Source of the DNA: a virus
Lineage: Duplodnaviria; Caudoviricetes
IMG/VR virus record: IMGVR_UViG_3300001450_000147
Span: 1-31,503 of that record
Direction: 5' to 3' (one strand)
DNA length: 31,503 nucleotides
Positions 25,428 through 31,503 of this stretch are shown here, piece by piece. The notes beneath the pieces are model-generated. The model ran no database searches, was not told where the DNA came from, and worked only from the letters and a program-made list of their open reading frames with translations. The translations under genes and the position numbers were made by a program. How positions within the stretch are numbered: position 1 is the stretch's first letter; each line of letters opens with the position of its first letter.

Positions 25428-25917
25428 TTGGGAGGTCAACTACCGGCTGCTGCGATCGCTCTATCAGAATTGGAAACCTACGGATGAGCTGCTGCGAGAA
25501 GTCTGGTTCCGGTGCTACGACAAGCCGCACGGAATGACCGCGAACCAAGTGAATCACGAAGACCTTCGGATTGCGATCGTCGAATCGAGATCTGTCAACA
25601 AGTACAACGATCCGGACTTCGAGAGGATCGCCGACATCTATCGACGAAGGCGGCAGGAACGGATCATCAAGAACCAGGCCAGAGCAATCCGATCCGATGC
25701 TGATCACGACATGCAGGAGTGCATTAGAGAACACGGGCAACGAATCAAACGGATCAGCGAGTGGTCAGAACACAGAAGAGAGGCAGCAATGAACAGAGTG
25801 CAGAAGATGTTTAAGGGGTATCGCAAGAGGGACGACCAGCCAACTGTCGAAGGATGGAGTCAAGCCCTTTCCGGGCTTGTCGTCGCCGCAGACCAAGAGA
25901 TCCAAAATGCCCTTTGA
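25345..25917 (+). CDS. Hypothetical protein in helicase-loader position
   Basis: Helical ORF directly after the initiator; start uncertain (25345 or 25375). Confidence 0.5.
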   Translation: MMTTKNQQRGMDLGNSQIKTLSESEAPSWEVNYRLLRSLYQNWKPTDELLREVWFRCYDKPHGMTANQVNHEDLRIAIVESRSVNKYNDPDFERIADIYRRRRQERIIKNQARAIRSDADHDMQECIREHGQRIKRISEWSEHRREAAMNRVQKMFKGYRKRDDQPTVEGWSQALSGLVVAADQEIQNAL

Positions 25918-26344
25918 TCCACTGAGACCCGCGATGATTAAACGGACGCTTTACATCGTGAGAGGCGCACCAGGATCCGGGAAGAGCAGGCTGGCCAGGA
26001 TCATCGCACCAGCCGCGTGCTACTCAGCAGATGACTACTTCGAGAACCTTGCGAGGGAGTACGCGAGAACCTACGAAGAAGTCTGGAGACCTGACCGGCT
26101 GAAGCCTGCGCATGAGACATGCTTCGACAAGGTCAAAGCCGCGATGAGCGCGCAACTCCAGAGAATCTCGGTACACAACACTTTCATCAAACGGACAGAG
26201 ATCGAGAAGTACCGGAAGCTGGCGCGTCAGTTTGGGTATGAGACCAACGTCATCAGGATGGAGAGCAACTTCGGCAACGTCCACAAGGTGCCGATCGGAA
26301 AAGTGGAGAAGATGAAGCGAGACCTCGAAGATTGGGAGTGCTGA
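25907..26344 (+). CDS. P-loop nucleotide/polynucleotide kinase (AAA_33-like)
   Basis: LYIVRGAPGSGKS, SADDYF, AH..C, V.NTF and NVH.VP motifs. Confidence 0.85.
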   Translation: MPFDPLRPAMIKRTLYIVRGAPGSGKSRLARIIAPAACYSADDYFENLAREYARTYEEVWRPDRLKPAHETCFDKVKAAMSAQLQRISVHNTFIKRTEIEKYRKLARQFGYETNVIRMESNFGNVHKVPIGKVEKMKRDLEDWEC

Positions 26345-26730
26345 TGGACGAAACCCTTGAACCAGCCTGGCAAGGGATCAAAGGCGGGAACATGCGCCTC
26401 TGGGTCATCGATGGACAGATGTCCAGGGTCCAAGGGGTATGTATTAAAACGGGAGAACTCTGGTCAGTGAAGGTCAAGACCTCTGAGTTGTTGCCATACC
26501 TTCGAGGGATTAAGGATGGGACCAACCGACCACTGATACAAGACGCATTCCCGACGATGAACGCAGCAGGCCGAGAGTTCCTGATTTCGGGGATTTCGCC
26601 AACCGGCTGGGATCTAATCTATAACTACATCAGCACCATCGGAGAACAAACGGATGAGCAATCACCAGAGGCAGAAGGGGAAGGCGGGGGAGAGGGAATT
26701 CGCGAAGATCCTGAGAGAGATGGGCTTTGA
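26344..26730 (+). CDS. Conserved phage hypothetical protein
   Basis: LIQDAFP......REFLISG..P..WD motif; GGAG RBS. Confidence 0.65.
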   Translation: MDETLEPAWQGIKGGNMRLWVIDGQMSRVQGVCIKTGELWSVKVKTSELLPYLRGIKDGTNRPLIQDAFPTMNAAGREFLISGISPTGWDLIYNYISTIGEQTDEQSPEAEGEGGGEGIREDPERDGL

Positions 26731-26989
26731 GGCCAGGAGATCGAAGCAGTATTCCGGAGAGGGAGGCACTGCTGACTTGGTCACCTCTATTCCTGGTCTG
26801 CATGTCGAAGTAAAACGGAGGACGAAGATCGGGGCTGCCCGATTCATGGAGCAAGCCGACCGGGATCGGCTTGACTCCGACATCCCTCTCATCGCGATGC
26901 GCGAAGATCGGGGCGAATGGCACGTCGTGTTAAAAGCAAAAGACCTAGCCGCGCTCTCAAGAAAGATCCGAGGTATTCCAGAGATGTGA
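26654..26989 (+). CDS. Holliday junction resolvase (Hjc-like PD-(D/E)xK nuclease)
   Basis: KGK.GERE....L...GF.A.R, D and EVKR motifs. Confidence 0.85.
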   Translation: MSNHQRQKGKAGEREFAKILREMGFEARRSKQYSGEGGTADLVTSIPGLHVEVKRRTKIGAARFMEQADRDRLDSDIPLIAMREDRGEWHVVLKAKDLAALSRKIRGIPEM

Positions 26990-27513
26990 ACCTGCATCTT
27001 GGGTTCATTCATACGTTGGTCTTCAGCTGGTGCAATTCACCCACCGGAGCAGGAAAAGAAACGGACGAGATTGTCAGCGTTGCCTATATCGAGGCGGAGA
27101 GATTGCTCAGGGAAAAGTACGACCCAAAGCATGGCAAGGTCACGACATTTCTGCGGTCATATCTGATGGGCCGCGTTGAGTATCAAGTCGGTAAGGACCA
27201 GGGCCTGCGGAAACGGTCGGGCGGATGGAAGAACGACAAGCAGCTCCACAAAGGCGGGACGCCCTACAACCCGCAGCCATCGGATTCCCTCGAGTTCGAT
27301 GAGTTGGTCGCAATGATTCATCCAGACTTCAGGCAGGTCGCCGAGGATCTCGCCGAAGGTCTCAGCCTGCTCGAGATCGTCAAAGCGATGGGCTTGGACT
27401 CTTTCGACTTTTACGATGACCTGGATGAAGACATCCCAATCGCCGAGGCTCGCGAGATTGCTGTTGCTGAGTTGAGACAGATGATGCGTGCCGAGTTGAG
27501 ACCAACCACATGA
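26917..27513 (+). CDS. Sigma-factor-like or late transcription regulator
   Basis: Region-2-like KYDP..GK.TT(F) followed by a C-terminal HTH-like G.S..EI...MG; the start may be GTG 26986. Confidence 0.5.
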   Translation: MARRVKSKRPSRALKKDPRYSRDVNLHLGFIHTLVFSWCNSPTGAGKETDEIVSVAYIEAERLLREKYDPKHGKVTTFLRSYLMGRVEYQVGKDQGLRKRSGGWKNDKQLHKGGTPYNPQPSDSLEFDELVAMIHPDFRQVAEDLAEGLSLLEIVKAMGLDSFDFYDDLDEDIPIAEAREIAVAELRQMMRAELRPTT

Positions 27514-27776
27514 CCGAGCCGAACAGACAAACGGTGACCGTAATACTTCAGGCCATGCAGCTCATCACTTTGGTGGTGGGAGTGGCCACGATTTTCCTGA
27601 CAGTGGGCAGGAGGGACGAAAGGCTTTCGCAGAACACCAGCGAGATCGCGGAACTCAGAGACATCGCCTCAGATCTGGTCAAGACCTCGATTGAAGCCAC
27701 CACCACGAACCGAGACCAGGATCGGAGCCTTGACGATCTCAGGACTCGCCTGGCCAGATTGGAGAACGCACGATGA
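27510..27776 (+). CDS. Membrane protein, one TM helix plus coiled coil (holin/hemolysin-like)
   Basis: Hydrophobic N-terminal helix; ends L.RLE. Confidence 0.55.
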   Translation: MTEPNRQTVTVILQAMQLITLVVGVATIFLTVGRRDERLSQNTSEIAELRDIASDLVKTSIEATTTNRDQDRSLDDLRTRLARLENAR

Positions 27777-28297
27777 AGGACGCACTCAAGGAAAACAAAC
27801 GGGCGGCCCTGACGATCTCGGCGCTGGTCGGGTTCCTGCTGATCTCAGCAACCCTGCACGCCTGCCAGCTTCAAGACATCATCAAGTTCGAAGTGCCGCC
27901 AGAGGTGGCGGAGTCCATCCAGGTCGAGGACCGCGTGGCGGTCTCAAAGTCAGATCAGGTCTGGCAGGACTGGAGCGACTTCGTCACGAAGCAGAACAAA
28001 CGGCTCGAGGCAGCCATCGGATCCGCCAGTGAAAGACTGGCCATCATCGAGAGCCTCACCGAGACCGGAATCAACCTTGGACAGGATGCAGCTTCGACGC
28101 TCCCAGGTGGCGCGTTGATCTCTTCAGGCTTGGCCTTGATGGGTGGGCTGTTCCTCAAAAGACCCGGCGACAAGAAGCGAGAGCAGCAACAAACGGACGC
28201 CTCATATGACGAGGGCCTGAAGAAGGGCCGAGAGATCGCCCAGGCTGCCGCTGAGGCTGTCAGGACGTTGAGGATGAATCAGGAGGGTGCGGATTGA
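27773..28297 (+). CDS. Membrane protein or lipoprotein, possibly lysis-related
   Basis: Signal-like helix ending LHAC, coiled coil, second hydrophobic helix. Confidence 0.55.
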   Translation: MKDALKENKRAALTISALVGFLLISATLHACQLQDIIKFEVPPEVAESIQVEDRVAVSKSDQVWQDWSDFVTKQNKRLEAAIGSASERLAIIESLTETGINLGQDAASTLPGGALISSGLALMGGLFLKRPGDKKREQQQTDASYDEGLKKGREIAQAAAEAVRTLRMNQEGAD

Positions 28298-28368
28298 CGG
28301 GACGCCTGAGAGGGCGTCTCTGGACCTCTGGGGGCTAAGGCTTCCGACAACTGATCGGGGCGTAAACG

Positions 28369-29253
28369 GTGAAGACCAAGATCCCATGGGCGGTGGAGCA
28401 GACCTCGAAGGGATGCTACCGCGTGGACCTCTATGCAACTGGGCCACGCTGGAGCCAAGACTTCCTGTTGAGTTCTGACCGCCACCACGACAATGCACAC
28501 AGCGACCACCGGCTGGAGCTGCTGCACTTGGAGGAGGCGCAGGAACGGAACGCAGGCATCCTGGACATCGGAGATCTGGCGTGTGCCATGCAAGGCAAGT
28601 GGGACAGGCGGGCAGACCTCAGCCAGTGTCGACCTGAACACCAGCAAGGTCGCTATTTAGATTCCTTGGTCGAGACTGCTGCGGAGTTCTACGAACCCTT
28701 CGCCGAGCATTTCGTCCTCATGTCGCCAGGCAACCACGAGCAGTCGATCCTGAAGCACCATGAAACGGATCTAACCGAGCGCCTGGCGGAGAGGCTCCGG
28801 GCCGCAGGGTCGCCAGTGGTGACCGGAACCTATGGCGGGTTCATCCGGTTCCTGGTCCACCTCGAGGGTGGCAAGAGTCTGAGCCGGGTCATGTATTACC
28901 ACCACGGGCATGGCGGCGGCGGGCTGATGACGCACGGAGTCCTCAACACCCGGCGGCGGCAGTCCTACCTTCCCAACGCTGACATCGTCTGGAGTGGTCA
29001 CACCCATGACTCGTGGCAGGTAAGGCTTTCGAAGATGAGCTTGACGAGTGCCGGGACGGTCAGGCTCGACGATGTCCACCACGTCAGCACCCCAGGCTAC
29101 AAGGATGAGATGACCCCGATGGAGGGCTGGCATGTAGAGCGAGGGTCACCGCCCAAGCCAATTGGAGCGGCATGGATGAGGCTCTCGGTGGAGCATCATC
29201 GGAAGCCGAACCGACACCGAAGGATCGCAATCAAGATCGAGGAAGCACGATGA
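28369..29253 (+). CDS. Calcineurin-like metallophosphoesterase
   Basis: SD.H, GD, GNHE, HHG.G and GHTH motifs in canonical order. Confidence 0.88.
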   Translation: MKTKIPWAVEQTSKGCYRVDLYATGPRWSQDFLLSSDRHHDNAHSDHRLELLHLEEAQERNAGILDIGDLACAMQGKWDRRADLSQCRPEHQQGRYLDSLVETAAEFYEPFAEHFVLMSPGNHEQSILKHHETDLTERLAERLRAAGSPVVTGTYGGFIRFLVHLEGGKSLSRVMYYHHGHGGGGLMTHGVLNTRRRQSYLPNADIVWSGHTHDSWQVRLSKMSLTSAGTVRLDDVHHVSTPGYKDEMTPMEGWHVERGSPPKPIGAAWMRLSVEHHRKPNRHRRIAIKIEEAR

Positions 29254-29507
29254 CGCAAGCCAAGCCGATCCCTCCTGATGTGGCGAGGGCGGTGCGGGAC
29301 GCGGTCGCCCAAGTCGTCGAAAACGGTGGAGCCGACGCGGTGCTGCTCTGCATGACCAGGCACCGAAAGCATGGGACCGAGACGTACGCAGTACCCTTCG
29401 GGAACTTGCACGCGGTGAGAGGTTTGGCGGAGTACGCCTACGGCCAGCTCATCGAGGGCATAGAGACCGAGGACTTGGAAGACGACCTGGAGGATGGCGA
29501 TGAGTGA
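29250..29507 (+). CDS. Hypothetical protein
   Basis: ATGA coupling, GAGG RBS, GN..AV.G motif, acidic tail. Confidence 0.6.
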   Translation: MTQAKPIPPDVARAVRDAVAQVVENGGADAVLLCMTRHRKHGTETYAVPFGNLHAVRGLAEYAYGQLIEGIETEDLEDDLEDGDE

Positions 29508-29844
29508 ACCAGACAACGAATGGAACCGCGACGAGACCGGCAGGTTCGGGGCAGGCAACAAGGGTGGGCCTGGCCGGAAGGTCGGTACCAAGGTGCCGAG
29601 CATGAAGGCGGCGCTGGAGCGGGCGATCTTGGACACCCTCAAGGAGGAGGGCCAAGAGCCTCGGACCATCCTGGACGCGCTGGCACAAACGGCTCTGGTG
29701 CTTGCCAAAGAAGGAGATTTCAAGTTTTGGAAGGAGATCATGGATCGAATCGACGGACCAGTGAAGCAGCACGTTGAGACCGAGCAGACCGTGACGATCG
29801 AGCGAATCGCGACCAAGCCACCCACCGAAGAGGATGACCCTTGA
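29500..29844 (+). CDS. Probable terminase small subunit
   Basis: RD..GRF..GN.GGPGR N-terminus; A..GD....K.I.DR.DG..KQ C-terminus; GGAGG RBS. Confidence 0.72.
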   Translation: MSEPDNEWNRDETGRFGAGNKGGPGRKVGTKVPSMKAALERAILDTLKEEGQEPRTILDALAQTALVLAKEGDFKFWKEIMDRIDGPVKQHVETEQTVTIERIATKPPTEEDDP

Positions 29845-30203
29845 CCTTTGAGATCTACGGAAGCACCATCACCATCGAGCAGGGTTCAACCTTCAGCTTG
29901 TCGATCGACTGGGCGGATTCGTCTGGATCTACGCTGGCCTTGTCCAGTGGCAACTACACCGCCAGGATGATGGGGCGGGTCGGTCGAGAATCCTCGTCAA
30001 CCCTGTTCTCTTTCACGAGCGGGGCCGAGATCACCCTGGCCGACACGAACCCGAACATCTTGATCACAGTGGCAGCAACGGCCACCGACGACCTACCCGC
30101 TCCTGCCGAAGGGGTTTACGACCTCGAGCTGGTTTCAGCCACCGGAGTGGTTTCCAAGATCCTCAAGGGGCGGCTCAGAATTGAGCGCGAAGTGACACGA
30201 TGA
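29841..30203 (+). CDS. Fibre adaptor-like Ig/beta-sandwich protein (BppU N-terminal/DUF7264-like)
   Basis: I.QG.TF...W, Y.ARM..R, GVYDLEL...G.V..IL.G...I..EVTR motifs. Confidence 0.7.
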   Translation: MTFEIYGSTITIEQGSTFSLSIDWADSSGSTLALSSGNYTARMMGRVGRESSSTLFSFTSGAEITLADTNPNILITVAATATDDLPAPAEGVYDLELVSATGVVSKILKGRLRIEREVTR

Positions 30204-31503
30204 GCGTGACAGTCAACGAGTCGAACTACACAGTCTCGATCAACCAGACCACTCAAACGGTCCAAATCGCATCTCCAGGGCCCGCAGGTCAAGGCGTGCC
30301 GGTCGGCGGTTCAGCCGGTCAAGTCTTATCCAAGATCGACGGGACCAACTACAGAACGCAATGGAGTTCAGCGGGCAGCGGGACGGTGACCAGCGTCACA
30401 TTGCAAGGTGACAACGGAAGCGGTGCGACAATCAACACCAGCGGCAACATCAAGGTCGCTGCAACTGCTCCAATCTCAACCACTGTGAGCGGCGACACGG
30501 TTACGGTCACGCACGATGGCGCAAGCGGATCGGGTACGTCAACGAATTATCCGGGTGCGATTACCGTCAACGCGACTGGTCATGTCACGGGTGTTGGCAG
30601 CACCGCCACTCCAGTCCTTCCTACGAACAACCTGAGCGATCTGTCAAACGCAGGAACGGCTCAGACGAACCTCGGCGGGACGACGGTAGGAAAGGCCGTG
30701 TTTACCGCTGCCGATGCTGCGGCTGCTCGAACCGCGATCGGCGTCGGAACCGGGAGCGGAGATGTAGTCGCAGCAAATAACCTCAGCGACCTAGCGAACG
30801 CGGGAACCGCTCGGACGAACCTCGGACTTGGGACCGCTGCGGTCGTTGACACGGGAACAGGCAACACCAACGCGATTCTCGGCAACGACACGCGTCTGAC
30901 CGACGCTCGCACGCCGACGACGACGCTGGACCACGACGCCGACAAGATCACCAGCGGTACGCTCACGGTGGTTCGGGGTGGTACCGGATCGGCAACCGCT
31001 CCGATGGTTGGAGTCGTGACTGCGGCGGACGCTGCGGCGGCTCGGACGGTTCTCGGTCTCGGGACGGTGGCGACGACTGCTGCGACCGCCTATGCGACGG
31101 CGGCGCAGGGGACGAAGGCTGACTCGGCCCTCCAGGATGTCGTCAGCGACACCTCGCCTCAACTCGGGGGCAACCTCGATGTCCAGGCGAGCACGCTTAC
31201 GACCTCAACCTCCAACGGGAACATCGTCGTCGATCCTCCAGGGACGGGATACCTTCAAGTCGAGGGAACTACGAATCCCGGCAAGATCCGGCTCATGTGC
31301 GAGGCTGGCACGCACGGCGTCGGCCTGATTAGCCCTACCCATGCCAACAGCACAAACGCGACGGATTATGACCTCACTCTCCCAATAGAGACAGGTGCAG
31401 CGAACAAGGCACTGATTGCAACTGACTCCAGCGGAACGCTCGGTTGGTCTTCTGCACTAGGAACCGCAGCAGCGGCGGCGACTGGCGACTTCGCGGCTGC
31501 CGC
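30200..31503 (+). CDS. Tail/head fibre-like protein, 3'-partial (absent from the ORF track)
   Basis: Frame open from ATG 30200 to the window end: MSVTVNESNYTV...GPAGQGVPVGG..GQVL.K...W...GTVTSV...NNLSDL..A..A.TNLG (x2)...AADAAAART..G (x2)...RGGTG...PQLGGNLD; rich in Gly, Thr, Ala and Ser. Confidence 0.82.
   Translation, partial: MSVTVNESNYTVSINQTTQTVQIASPGPAGQGVPVGGSAGQVLSKIDGTNYRTQWSSAGSGTVTSVTLQGDNGSGATINTSGNIKVAATAPISTTVSGDTVTVTHDGASGSGTSTNYPGAITVNATGHVTGVGSTATPVLPTNNLSDLSNAGTAQTNLGGTTVGKAVFTAADAAAARTAIGVGTGSGDVVAANNLSDLANAGTARTNLGLGTAAVVDTGTGNTNAILGNDTRLTDARTPTTTLDHDADKITSGTLTVVRGGTGSATAPMVGVVTAADAAAARTVLGLGTVATTAATAYATAAQGTKADSALQDVVSDTSPQLGGNLDVQASTLTTSTSNGNIVVDPPGTGYLQVEGTTNPGKIRLMCEAGTHGVGLISPTHANSTNATDYDLTLPIETGAANKALIATDSSGTLGWSSALGTAAAAATGDFAAA

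Overview
Tailed dsDNA phage (Caudoviricetes, siphovirus-like) segment with essentially every credible gene on the + strand. Gene order: a large head-associated ORF entering from the left edge (probably the C-terminal part of the portal gene), a 1300-aa MuF-type minor head protein, an HK97-type prohead protease, major capsid, decoration, head-tail joining genes, two paralogous tail tube genes, tail assembly chaperones with a G-GGA-AAC -1 frameshift, a short (400 aa) tape measure and tail-tip genes. After a promoter-like gap come early/replication genes: Sak4-like AAA, HTH, SSB-like, a dual-frame C5 DNA methyltransferase, replication initiator, kinase, Holliday junction resolvase and a sigma-like factor. 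These are followed by membrane (lysis-like) genes, a metallophosphoesterase, the small terminase and an adaptor/fibre pair that runs off the right edge. The most striking feature is 1-6008. The two head ORFs carry a tandem array of about six ADP-ribosyltransferase-like or DUF3626-like cargo domains. Five copies of a two-cysteine peptide repeat (K-A/S-D-N-C-G-T-G-A-G-G-F-K-P-G-N-D-C-A-E-G-H-G-R-P) and Lys-Ser/Lys-Ala junctions punctuate the array. I infer a capsid-loaded, protease-processed, cassette-shuffled effector polyprotein. All family assignments come from motif recognition by eye, not from database searches.
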